Part shown: positions 46,258 through 55,211 of the stretch, piece after piece
Numbering within the stretch: the stretch's first letter is position 1
Layout of the letters: each line of letters begins with the position of its first letter
Program-made: the position numbers and the translations under genes
DNA from: Patescibacteria group bacterium UBA1388
GTDB taxonomy: Bacteria; Patescibacteriota; Microgenomatia; UBA1400; PJMF01
Direction of reading: 5' to 3'
Assembly: GCA_002305355.1 (NCBI GenBank)
Contig: DBQS01000036.1
Location: 15,612 to 79,611, forward strand
DNA length: 64,000 nucleotides
Notes under the pieces: generated by a model
The model's database searches: none
What the model was told of the DNA's origin: nothing
Seen by the model: only the letters and a program-made list of their open reading frames with translations

Positions 46258-47880
46258 ATGTCTAGTTATCAAAAAGTTTCAAGTTATGAGGGTAGGCAAG
46301 GTGAGGTGAAGAGAGTAGTGCTCTTATACTCTGGTGGGTTGGATACTTCGGTGATGTTGAAGTGGATCCAAGACAAATATGAGGCAGAAGTTGTTGCGCT
46401 CACGATTGATATTGGTCAGCAAGCTGACGATCTAGAAAAAATCCGCAAGAAAGCGCTTAAACTAGGAGCGATTAAAGCCATAATTGTTGACGCCAAGAAT
46501 GAGTTTGCTTATCACTACATTGCCAAAGGTATTAAGGCAAATGCGCATTATCAAGGTCGATATTACTTGAGTACGCCACTGGGTCGACCATTGCTAGCAA
46601 AATTGGCGGTTGATGCTGCTCGCGAACACGGTGCTGATACGATTGCGCACGGTTCAACTGGAAAAGGCAATGACCAAGTACGGTTGGAAGGGGCGGTTTT
46701 AACCCTCGCGCCAGAGATGAAGATCATTGCACCGGTGCGAGAGTGGAGTATGGGCAGAGACGAAGAATTGGCCTATGCTAAGAAACATAAAATTCCGGTT
46801 AAGCAAACTGTTAGCAGCCCGTATTCATACGACGATAATATGTGGGGTGTAACTGGCGAAAGTGGCGAGATTGAGAATCCAAGCATAATTCCGCCACTTG
46901 AGAAAATCTTACAGGTTTCCACTTTACCAGAAAAAGCCCCCAACAAACCACAATATGTTGAGCTCCAGTTTGTCAAAGGTTTGCCGGTGGCACTCGACGG
47001 TAAACAACTGGGGTTAGTAGACTTAATTGGTCAGCTAAATAAAATTGGAGCCAAGCATGGGGTGGGGATTGCTCATCATATCGAAGACAGGTTGGTCGGT
47101 CTTAAAGTACGGGGTTTATATGAAGCTCCCGCTGCAGAAATCATCATTAATGCCCACTTCAATTTGGAGAAGTATGTCTGCACCAGGATGGAAAATGAAT
47201 TTAAATCACTAGTAGATTCCAAGTGGGCATATCTTTGTTATGGGGCAATGTGGCATGAACCATTAATGAATGATCTAAACGCTTACATTAACAAAGTTAA
47301 CGAAAAAGTGACAGGTTCAGCAACGGTGAAGCTCTTTAAAGGTATGGCGGAAGTGGTGGCAGTAGACACCCATAACACCATTTATGATGAGAAGCTGGCG
47401 ACTTTCATGAAAGATGCGAGTTTTAATCAAAATGCTTCGCCTGGGTTTATTGAAATCTATACACTCCAGATGAGATTAGCTCAAGAAACCGATAAATTTG
47501 CATTGTTGACGATTGGGGAAGAGCACAATAAACGCAAGTTTTTACCACTCGTTGAAAGACTGAAAAAATTGGGCTTTTTCTTCTATGCCACTGAAAACAC
47601 CCATCAGTTTCTCAAGAAAAAAAAGATAGAGTCGATATTACTTCATAAAATGTATAGCGGAAAAAACCCAAATTTGGAAGATATTCTCAAGCAAAATTTG
47701 TTTGACTTAATTATTGATATTCCGTACAGCAAACAAACGGCGGGCAGTGAGAAAGATGAAGAAGTGATTCGAGAGTGGGCTATCAAAAATGATATTCCGT
47801 TGTATACCGATTTTAGGACAACTGAAAATTTAATCAAGAAATTGGAAAAAAGAATGGTCGTGCAGAAGAAAGGACGATGA
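46258..47880 (+). CDS. argG: Argininosuccinate synthase fused to a C-terminal MGS-like (CarB/PurH-type) domain
   Basis: LLYSGGLDTS PP-loop, HGSTGKGNDQVR and full ArgG core to about aa 412; C-terminal about 125 aa (FLPLVERLKKLGFFFYATENTHQFLKK...LFDLIIDIPYS...VIREWAIKNDIPLYTDF) matches the MGS-like fold pattern. AAAGGA RBS. Confidence 0.8.
   Translation: MSSYQKVSSYEGRQGEVKRVVLLYSGGLDTSVMLKWIQDKYEAEVVALTIDIGQQADDLEKIRKKALKLGAIKAIIVDAKNEFAYHYIAKGIKANAHYQGRYYLSTPLGRPLLAKLAVDAAREHGADTIAHGSTGKGNDQVRLEGAVLTLAPEMKIIAPVREWSMGRDEELAYAKKHKIPVKQTVSSPYSYDDNMWGVTGESGEIENPSIIPPLEKILQVSTLPEKAPNKPQYVELQFVKGLPVALDGKQLGLVDLIGQLNKIGAKHGVGIAHHIEDRLVGLKVRGLYEAPAAEIIINAHFNLEKYVCTRMENEFKSLVDSKWAYLCYGAMWHEPLMNDLNAYINKVNEKVTGSATVKLFKGMAEVVAVDTHNTIYDEKLATFMKDASFNQNASPGFIEIYTLQMRLAQETDKFALLTIGEEHNKRKFLPLVERLKKLGFFFYATENTHQFLKKKKIESILLHKMYSGKNPNLEDILKQNLFDLIIDIPYSKQTAGSEKDEEVIREWAIKNDIPLYTDFRTTENLIKKLEKRMVVQKKGR
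47503..47877 (+). other. MGS-like domain appended to ArgG
   Basis: Pattern GFxxxATxxTxxxLxxxxI...VxxxxxGxxPxxxDxIKxxxxxLIIxxP..S resembles the CarB C-terminal allosteric domain. Confidence 0.5.
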
Positions 47881-48857
47881 TGACCAAATATTGGGATTTG
47901 AAAGCAACGTTGCTTGAAAAAATTAAGGCGCGTGGCGGTTGGACCAACTGCCACGCGCACCTTGATCGCGCATATACCATCACCAAAAAAAACTTTGCGC
48001 TCAGCAACAAATTGAGAGGTGAAAAATGGCAACTCAATCGTGAGTTGAGACAGCGCTCAACAGTGAATCAAATTTATGACCGGATGGCAATGGCGATAGA
48101 GGTGCTGCTTGCTCAGGGCGTGACTGCTATCGGTTCTTTTATTGATGTTGATGATGACGTCAAAGACAAGGCTATTCAGGCCGCTATCAAAATTCGAGAC
48201 AAATATCAGGCTGATGTGACTATCAAGTACCTCAACCAATCTAGCTATGGTTTGTTTAATCAGGATAAAAAGGCCAGGGAGTGGTTTGATGTTGGCGCCG
48301 AATTTGTGGATATCATTGGTGGTTTGCTCAAAGCCGATGCGGGTAGAGAAGAGGAACATTTGGACATTTTATTGGCAACCGCCAAACGGATGGGTAAAAT
48401 GGTGCACGTCCATGTAGATGAAATTAATTTGCCCGAAGAACATGAGACTGAAATGCTGGCGAAGAAAACAATTGAACATGGCATGGAGGGAAGAGTGGCG
48501 GGGATTCATGGCATTTCGATTAACGCTCGGCCGCAGGCCGAGCGGGAGAAGATCTACAAACTGATCAACAAGGCGCAAATAATGTTTATTTCTTGTCCCG
48601 TTTCTTGGTTAAATTCCAGTCGCAGTGAAAAACTGTCACCCATCCACAACCCACTCACGCCAGTTGACGAAATGTTGGCGCACGATATTACGGTTGGGAT
48701 CGGGGTAGATAACATTGCCGATATTTTTATGCCTTTCAATAATGCCGATTTATGGCTTGATTTACGGGTTTTATTGGAGGCTGCACGTCTTCACGATCTT
48801 GATGTGCTCGCAAAAATTGCTTCTACCAACGGTAGGAAAATTTTAGGGATTAAATAA
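47877..48857 (+). CDS. Cytosine-deaminase-like amidohydrolase (CodA family), ATGA-coupled to argG
   Basis: TNCHAHLDRA (HxH metal site), IGSFIDVDDD, VHVHVDEINLPEEHE, GIGVDNIADIFMPF align with the CodA metal-binding and catalytic segments. Confidence 0.65.
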   Translation: MMTKYWDLKATLLEKIKARGGWTNCHAHLDRAYTITKKNFALSNKLRGEKWQLNRELRQRSTVNQIYDRMAMAIEVLLAQGVTAIGSFIDVDDDVKDKAIQAAIKIRDKYQADVTIKYLNQSSYGLFNQDKKAREWFDVGAEFVDIIGGLLKADAGREEEHLDILLATAKRMGKMVHVHVDEINLPEEHETEMLAKKTIEHGMEGRVAGIHGISINARPQAEREKIYKLINKAQIMFISCPVSWLNSSRSEKLSPIHNPLTPVDEMLAHDITVGIGVDNIADIFMPFNNADLWLDLRVLLEAARLHDLDVLAKIASTNGRKILGIK

Positions 48858-48961
48858 TTTTAGGGACAAAATAATGGATTGTTTAACATTGGCCGCACTG
48901 GATGATTGATAGAGAATTTGCTGATTAGATTTGACTTGCTGCTGACATCTACGACAAATAC

Positions 48962-49588
48962 TTGTACCATAAGCGCATGCTAAAATTGCCGAGAGCCGTT
49001 CGTGAACTCACAGAATCATTTGAAAAATTACCGGGCATCGGGCCAAAATCAGCCCAGCGCTTGTCTTTTTATCTGCTTCATTATCCTGAGCACCGGCTAG
49101 AGGAATTTGCGGCTCGATTGGTGGCCCTCAAAAAGAAAACTGTACTGTGTCAGCAGTGTCACAATGTGAGTGAGCACGACCCCTGCAGCATTTGCAGTGA
49201 TCAGACACGAGATAAAACTAAACTTTGTGTGGTTGAGCAGCCATTGGATGTGATTGCGCTTGAAAATTCAAACTCTTATGACGGCTTGTATCACGTTTTG
49301 CACGGTTCTATCGCGCCTTTAAATAACATTGGCCCCGAACAATTATTTTTGCATGATATTTCTCAACGGCTAGAGGGCGTGGAGGAACTCATTTTGGCTA
49401 CCAACCCGACGATGGAAGGTGAAGCTACTTCACTTTACATTGTTGAGTATCTGAAGGATGCCGGGATAGATTTGGAAAAACTTGCCATTACCCGCATTGG
49501 TCATGGTTTACCGATCGGGGCGGACATCGAGTACGCCGATGGAGTAACTTTACGCCGGGCTCTTGAGGGTCGCAAGCAAGTTACTTAA
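48962..49588 (+). CDS. recR: Recombination protein RecR
   Basis: LPGIGPKSAQRLSF HhH, C4 zinc finger (CQQC...CSIC), Toprim domain. Confidence 0.85.
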   Translation: MYHKRMLKLPRAVRELTESFEKLPGIGPKSAQRLSFYLLHYPEHRLEEFAARLVALKKKTVLCQQCHNVSEHDPCSICSDQTRDKTKLCVVEQPLDVIALENSNSYDGLYHVLHGSIAPLNNIGPEQLFLHDISQRLEGVEELILATNPTMEGEATSLYIVEYLKDAGIDLEKLAITRIGHGLPIGADIEYADGVTLRRALEGRKQVT

Positions 49589-49726
49589 GAATAAGTCTCA
49601 AATCTAGACAAACTTATCTTCAAGTGTAGACTAATGAGTAACAACTATTCTGTTGTACTAATTAATAAGTTGATTATCTATCTCAAGCGATAGTTAGACT
49701 ATTTAGAAGCTTTAAACCCCTGAATT

Positions 49727-50389
49727 ATGTCAATATATGGTAATACTTTCAAAAGACTCACTCCTTTATTAGTTTTCTTGATTGTGGTTATCAGTATAGT
49801 TGTTAGTTACAGATATACTTCACCAGGTTTGTTGGAATTTTCTCCTAAACAAAAAAGCAGCAACACTAGTCGTTTGATTGAAGGGAACTATGAGGACATC
49901 ATTTTTTCAGATTATGCCGATGCTGAGTTTGGCATTTCATTTGAATACCCATCTTCCTGGTCAATTCGCAAAAATATCTATCATGAAGAGAGTCTACGTG
50001 AGCTTGAGATAGCGTCTAAACAAGGCTATATAACAATTGAAAAGTTAACCCAAACGGAGGAGTTAACTCCAAGCCAGTGGTTTGAAAATAATCGTGAAAA
50101 CTACTCTGACTTGATGGCTGAAGTTGGAGAAGTAAAGATTGGAGGAAAGCCAACATTGCTGATTGCGCAAGCTGGAACATGTCGAACAGCTCCGCTGCTG
50201 GCAGCAATTATTAGCTTTGATAATCGGATCCTACTCATCTCTCACTACGAGCTAGCCTCAAGACCCTCCGCACCTGAGTTTGGTCATCTGTTGGAAACCC
50301 TTTCATTTAGAGCACCTCCCGGCAACACATCACTTCCAACTGTTTATTTTGAGTTTCCTCAACCACCCTCTGACTTAGTTTGCCCATAG
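49727..50389 (+). CDS. Hypothetical membrane-anchored/secreted protein
   Basis: N-terminal TM LTPLLVFLIVVISIVVSY; no known motif. Confidence 0.45.
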   Translation: MSIYGNTFKRLTPLLVFLIVVISIVVSYRYTSPGLLEFSPKQKSSNTSRLIEGNYEDIIFSDYADAEFGISFEYPSSWSIRKNIYHEESLRELEIASKQGYITIEKLTQTEELTPSQWFENNRENYSDLMAEVGEVKIGGKPTLLIAQAGTCRTAPLLAAIISFDNRILLISHYELASRPSAPEFGHLLETLSFRAPPGNTSLPTVYFEFPQPPSDLVCP

Positions 50390-50672
50390 ATTCTTATAGA
50401 ATTAGTAACCACGATTATCGAAGAAGCTAATATACATTTATATCCGTAAAGCACCATTTTTTATCGCTAGTCAATCCACAGCTTGTTTGTTAGGATGCTT
50501 CAAAATGAAGGTTGTGATAAATAAACAACAATTTTGACCACCAAGGGTAGGGTGGTTTTTTTGTATTGGAGCTGAAGCGGTAAAAATAGAAACAAATTAT
50601 TTGATGAAAGGAGGGGATTTTTAATAAATCTTCATTCAAACGATAGTATTATCTCGTGAGAGAGGAGCCATT

Positions 50673-51014
50673 GTGACAGTTTTAGTTGAAGCAAAAAATA
50701 TTGAAGTAACCAGTGCCTTGAGAATGCATGTGGAAAGACAAGCTGAAAAATTGAAAAAAATTGGCAACAGGATTACAGATATCAGAGTGTTTTTAGAAAC
50801 AGTCCCCAAAAAAAATAATGATCCTCATTCAAATAAAGTCACTTTTAAAGTGAGTGTTCCAGGTAGAGACGTGGTCGTAATCAAGCAAGGCGTGGATATG
50901 TATGAAGCAATTGTGGAGGCAGCACGGGGCGCTTTCCGCAAAGTGCGTAAAACCACAGAAAAAAGAACTACTAAGGCCCGGAAAGTAGATCGGGATGAGG
51001 TGATGATGGTATAG
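50673..51014 (+). CDS. hpf: Ribosome hibernation promoting factor (HPF/RaiA family), GTG start with AGAGGAG RBS
   Basis: VEAKNIEVTSALRMHVERQAEKLKKIGNRI matches the HPF N-terminus (NIxITxALRxYVExKLxKLxR); 113 aa. Confidence 0.75.
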   Translation: MTVLVEAKNIEVTSALRMHVERQAEKLKKIGNRITDIRVFLETVPKKNNDPHSNKVTFKVSVPGRDVVVIKQGVDMYEAIVEAARGAFRKVRKTTEKRTTKARKVDRDEVMMV

Positions 51015-51088
51015 CCTTTAACCAGAAAGTAATTGGATTTTAGTTTGCAAGCTTGAGATTTTTGTGGTGAGTCCCGAGTAAGAAATAG

Positions 51089-51541
51089 CTATCCTTGAGT
51101 CAAGCGAAGAGCGGGAACCCAATCCCAAGATGAGCCTTCTGGAAGCTGAGGATAGTGGATGAGACCGGTTGGGCTGACTTGAGTGAGACTAGCCGCATGG
51201 AGCAGAAAATCCGGGTGTTCACGATATGTCGACAAATAGAGGCCAAGTAGACGGAGCTCAGTTTCACGGTCGGTGGTTTTCTTGTGCTGGATGATGGCAA
51301 GAGTCCCACAAATCTCTCGGGCTACTCGAATAAGCAGTTCTGCATAAACGTTCGGCGGCATGTTCCTCACATCAACAGTGGGGGGAGAAGACCAGCGATG
51401 ATAGCTTTTACCATCTTCGCCCAACATCCAAACGGATCCATCAAACTGGACGTACTGCAGCGCCTCATGAAGAAGGTCAATCGCCGCGCCGCTTTCTGGC
51501 GAATTTTCTTTGGGATACTGAGATTGTTCGGGGTTGGACAT
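51089..51541 (-). CDS. Hypothetical protein (150 aa)
   Basis: Open frame only. Confidence 0.35.
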   Translation of the reverse strand: MSNPEQSQYPKENSPESGAAIDLLHEALQYVQFDGSVWMLGEDGKSYHRWSSPPTVDVRNMPPNVYAELLIRVAREICGTLAIIQHKKTTDRETELRLLGLYLSTYREHPDFLLHAASLTQVSPTGLIHYPQLPEGSSWDWVPALRLTQG

Positions 51542-51685
51542 CGCTGACTCCTTTTTGGACTTGTCCTGATCATACCAGGTCGATCAACTAAAGGGAAAGT
51601 GAGTTTTTGTGAAAAAGATAGGAAGTGTGGAGAAAAAATGTGTAAGCATTGATTTTAAGAGTTATTCCAAGTAGGCTTAGGGGAT

Positions 51686-52447
51686 ATGACAGATCAACCT
51701 CGAAATGTTCAAACTGCTTCCATAGATCCTAATGCGGACACCCCAGCACCAGCAGGCAGCGTAGATCAGGTGATGAATCAGCCATTAACTCAGGTGAGTG
51801 ATGATGCTACTGATCAATCAGCTGATCCTTCACTAAGTCAGGCAAATGATATTGTGCTTGGGCAAACAATGACAAATGCGCAAGACGAAAATCCTCAATT
51901 GGCAGAAAACCCTGCCGAAGGACAAACTGGGGAAAGTAGTCTGGTAAAAGATCAATCTGTGGAAAATCGACCGAGTAATGACCAATTGGGTGATAACCAA
52001 CCGAGTGATGACCAACGGGCAGACGCTCAACCGGCAAATTCTCAACCAGCAGACGATCAACCAGATGACGATCCGCTTGCTAGGCTGGATGAGTTATTAG
52101 CGAAGGCAAAAGCCAAAAGAAGCAGCGCTCCAAGTGGCAATCGTCAAATTAACGCAGTTGAGGATGACAAACAATCTTCTACAGAAGAGGCTGCACATGA
52201 ATTGGCACAAAAAGCCTTGAAGGAAGAAGAGGCGAAGCAGGCGGAAATCATGGCGCAACAAGCTGAACAACAAAGACAAGCTCAACTTGCAGCTCAACAA
52301 GCAAAAATGGCCGAGTTGGAGGAAACTGATCAATTTAAAGCGAGAGTGCAGCAGGGAGAGGGTAAGAAAGCGGCAGAAACGCAATTGGCTCAAGAACACG
52401 CTGGTCACGATATTTTGCAGGTGACGGAAATGAAAGTGACTAAGTAA
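51686..52447 (+). CDS. Asp/Gln-rich disordered protein with a C-terminal coiled-coil (EAKQAEIMAQQAEQQRQAQLAAQQAKMAELEE)
   Basis: Compositionally similar to the 27742..28836 protein (SDQ/NDQ/DDQ repeats). Confidence 0.5.
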   Translation: MTDQPRNVQTASIDPNADTPAPAGSVDQVMNQPLTQVSDDATDQSADPSLSQANDIVLGQTMTNAQDENPQLAENPAEGQTGESSLVKDQSVENRPSNDQLGDNQPSDDQRADAQPANSQPADDQPDDDPLARLDELLAKAKAKRSSAPSGNRQINAVEDDKQSSTEEAAHELAQKALKEEEAKQAEIMAQQAEQQRQAQLAAQQAKMAELEETDQFKARVQQGEGKKAAETQLAQEHAGHDILQVTEMKVTK

Positions 52448-52602
52448 GTTAGCGAATATGTAATGCTTGAGAATTGGGGGGATAGAGATCAAATGTTGGC
52501 GTATTTGGTGGTCGTGTGTTGATCATGACGAGAAAAAGCGCAACGAGCTAAAAAAAGTTGCAAGAATGTCAATTTATTTGATAATCAAAGAGGGGGAAAG
52601 CG

Positions 52603-53250
52603 ATGATGGGAGGTAAATCGGGTTCTAGCGTCAGGACACGACCAAGTGGTGGTATGAATCAAGGTATGGGTCAGTTTGGAGAGCATCTGGACGAAGCGGC
52701 AATGGAGCAAGCAATTGCTCAAAAAGCAGCTGGGCAGGCAGGCGCCAGCGCGAAACCTGGTTCAGCTGCTAATTCTAAGTTGCCGCCGAGTAGTGTCTCT
52801 CACCAACAACAATCACCATTAGATGCGCTGGCGCCCTCAGAGCTTAAAAAATCCTTTGTAAAATCCGCCGAAGAATTATCCAAAGGTTTTATCGATCAAT
52901 TCTTGCTCGCATCTGGCTTAGATTTTCTAGGAATCGATTCTGGCAGCGAGATTGATCAGGAAGAAGCACAGCGTCTACAAATCATTGCTCGTAATTACCA
53001 GCAGCTCAATGAGGAGCAGCAGGCAGTAGTGCGGGCAAATTTTGAAAAAGAATTAGCACGTAAGCAAGCTGCTGAAGAAGAAGCTGAACGGCAGAAACAG
53101 AAAAAAATAGAAGCTCAAGCTGCCGAAGTGGCTATTCCTACATCTCCCAACAAAGGGCCAATCGGTCCGGCAGGCAATCGCAAACAGCAAGCTGCGGCGA
53201 AACTACAGTTAGGTCGCCAAACCCTAGGCTCGCCCCAAAGCGCCAACTAA
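52603..53250 (+). CDS. Low-complexity Gly/Ala/Gln-rich protein with a coiled-coil segment
   Basis: Open frame; ARKQAAEEEAERQKQKKIEAQAAE coiled-coil; no TM. Confidence 0.45.
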   Translation: MMGGKSGSSVRTRPSGGMNQGMGQFGEHLDEAAMEQAIAQKAAGQAGASAKPGSAANSKLPPSSVSHQQQSPLDALAPSELKKSFVKSAEELSKGFIDQFLLASGLDFLGIDSGSEIDQEEAQRLQIIARNYQQLNEEQQAVVRANFEKELARKQAAEEEAERQKQKKIEAQAAEVAIPTSPNKGPIGPAGNRKQQAAAKLQLGRQTLGSPQSAN

Positions 53251-53342
53251 TTATATTCGATGGTTAAAAATGCTTGGTCAACCAGGGCATACTAGCGTTG
53301 ATATTGGTAATGTTGTACAGATTTTGAGTTTAGTTCACAAGA

Positions 53343-53543
53343 TCATGAATTTTCGTCAACACTTGAGTCAACGCTTTTTGGTTTGAAAAAAACAGCCATA
53401 TTGCTTAGTCTTGCTGCCAAATCCTGTGCTGTTTTTGGTAAATTTGGATTCCAACCAGCAATTGGAGTATTTTGTTGATGTTCTTCAACTGTTTTTAAGA
53501 AATCATTCATGGTAATGAACAGCTCGTTTGCCTTTTGTATCAT
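53343..53543 (-). CDS. Hypothetical small protein (66 aa from the internal ATG), downstream member of the coupled pair
   Basis: MIQKANELFITMNDFLKTVEEHQQ...; start overlaps the stop of the upstream ORF. Confidence 0.3.
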   Translation of the reverse strand: MIQKANELFITMNDFLKTVEEHQQNTPIAGWNPNLPKTAQDLAARLSNMAVFFKPKSVDSSVDENS

Positions 53544-53842
53544 CGATCGGTTTGGCCAAAGCACTTCCAGGTTTTGGTTTTGACGCGGTAGCTGCTCGTT
53601 GTCTTTATTGGCGGTATGAGTGAAATCTTGAGGTGAAGTTGTGGCGATGAAAGGGGTGGTTTTTCAACCATGAGGAGCGATAAAGCAACACTAATTGAAC
53701 CATCAACAAATTCTAATTCAAATAACGCTTCTTTACTAAGTTTTTCTTGTGATTCCTGTGGCTCACGCTTCAATTCTGAAATAAGCAAACTACGATTGTC
53801 AGCTTGCTCACTGTTTAATGACATAGACTCAAATTGTATCAA
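53540..53842 (-). CDS. Hypothetical small protein (100 aa), upstream member of an ATGA-coupled pair
   Basis: Its stop TGA (53542..53540) overlaps the ATG (53543..53541) of the next ORF. Confidence 0.3.
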   Translation of the reverse strand: MIQFESMSLNSEQADNRSLLISELKREPQESQEKLSKEALFELEFVDGSISVALSLLMVEKPPLSSPQLHLKISLIPPIKTTSSYRVKTKTWKCFGQTDR

Positions 53843-53925
53843 AAAGATTTAATTTACAATACTAGCGGTCGGATGTATGGTAGGAGGCAATTATTTATGA
53901 ATGAGTTTCAAGAAAGAAGAACACC

Positions 53926-54648
53926 ATGAGAACTAGCACATTTTGGATAGGTAGCCTAATCTTGGTTGCTATTATTTCTTTAGCCTCCAACCTGGTGCGT
54001 TGGGGAACTTTAACTATTCAGCCAAACGCCACAATCAGCGTCACCGGCAGCGCAGAAAAACAAGAATCAAATCAGGTCGCCCAATTTTATGCTGGTATGA
54101 GTGCAGTCAATGATGACAAGCAAACCGCAATTGATGAAGTCAACCAACAAATGGAAGTCGCTATTGAGCGAGTCAAGGAATTTGGAATTCCTGCAGAGGA
54201 TATTAAAACCCAAAACTTGAGTGTTTATCAGGATCAGGAATCGGTAACGATTGATGGCAGGCAACGCACTCAACCCGGTCAATGGCGGGCCAATAACTCG
54301 ATCCAGATTAAACTTCGCAATGTTGATCAGACTTCTGATTTGATGGCGGTGCTCACCGAAAGTGGATTGACCGATATTTCTGGTCCTAATTTTACTCTGG
54401 ATGACAGCAAGGAGTCTGAAGCAGAACTCATTAATTTAGCAGTTGATAATGCTCAAGATAAGGCGGCACAAGTGGCTGCAGCGCAAGGAAAAACACTTGG
54501 TGAGGTGTTAAGTATTTCAGAGGGTGGAGTGGCTAGCTCTCCGATGTATGCCTCAAGAATGTTTGAAGGTTATGGTGGTGGTGCTCCAGTTGAACCTGGC
54601 ACCAGTACTGTGCGCGCATCAGTCAATGTTATTTTTGAATTGAAATAA
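53926..54648 (+). CDS. SIMPL-domain (DUF541) periplasmic/secreted protein
   Basis: N-terminal TM, then ISVTGSAEK...FYAGMSAVNDDKQTAIDEVNQQMEVAIERVKEFGIPAEDIKTQNLSVYQ, typical of SIMPL proteins. Confidence 0.7.
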   Translation: MRTSTFWIGSLILVAIISLASNLVRWGTLTIQPNATISVTGSAEKQESNQVAQFYAGMSAVNDDKQTAIDEVNQQMEVAIERVKEFGIPAEDIKTQNLSVYQDQESVTIDGRQRTQPGQWRANNSIQIKLRNVDQTSDLMAVLTESGLTDISGPNFTLDDSKESEAELINLAVDNAQDKAAQVAAAQGKTLGEVLSISEGGVASSPMYASRMFEGYGGGAPVEPGTSTVRASVNVIFELK

Positions 54649-54740
54649 GGAATGGTCGGCATATTCATCGACTATTTGTTGACAAGATATCGACCGATTA
54701 TTGACTAATTTTCGATGGAAAGATTCCCAGATTATTGGAG

Positions 54741-55085
54741 TTAAGAACTACTATGATCCTGCCCAAAAACTAAGACCAATTCTTCAATCGTATCAGCTGC
54801 TGAAAAGGGATTATGGCGAATGTCCCACTCAATTTCAGACCCTGATAAGAGAGTTGAGAATAATGATGATTCAGGCGGCAGTTTAAGGTAGGACAGCTCA
54901 CAAAGAGCAGACAGATCATCTACCGATACTCTTCCTTCAATATAGTCTGAAATGATGAGATGAAAAAGTTGATGAGTCTCTGTATTTGACCAAGTTTTTT
55001 GATCAGGATTAATGCCAACCTCGTCACAATACTTGGTCAGCAATTTCTTCAATCTGGCAATTTCTGGGTTAATCTCGTTGGTCAT
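54741..55085 (-). CDS. Hypothetical protein (114 aa)
   Basis: Open frame only. Confidence 0.35.
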   Translation of the reverse strand: MTNEINPEIARLKKLLTKYCDEVGINPDQKTWSNTETHQLFHLIISDYIEGRVSVDDLSALCELSYLKLPPESSLFSTLLSGSEIEWDIRHNPFSAADTIEELVLVFGQDHSSS

Positions 55086-55195
55086 GTAAAAATGAATTTA
55101 GCTAGAATTATTAATGTTACGCAGTATGAAGCTGCTGATCTGATTATTCAAGAATGTGGACGTGAACAAAGTCGGCTGATTTCAAGTGTCTGATG

Positions 55196-55201
55196 TACAA
55201 T
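55196..55201 (+). promoter_or_regulatory. -10 element TACAAT 10 nt upstream of the cysS ATG (near-leaderless transcript predicted)
   Basis: GATGTACAAT; no Shine-Dalgarno between it and the ATG at 55212. Confidence 0.3.
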
Positions 55202-55211
55202 AAGTGATAAG

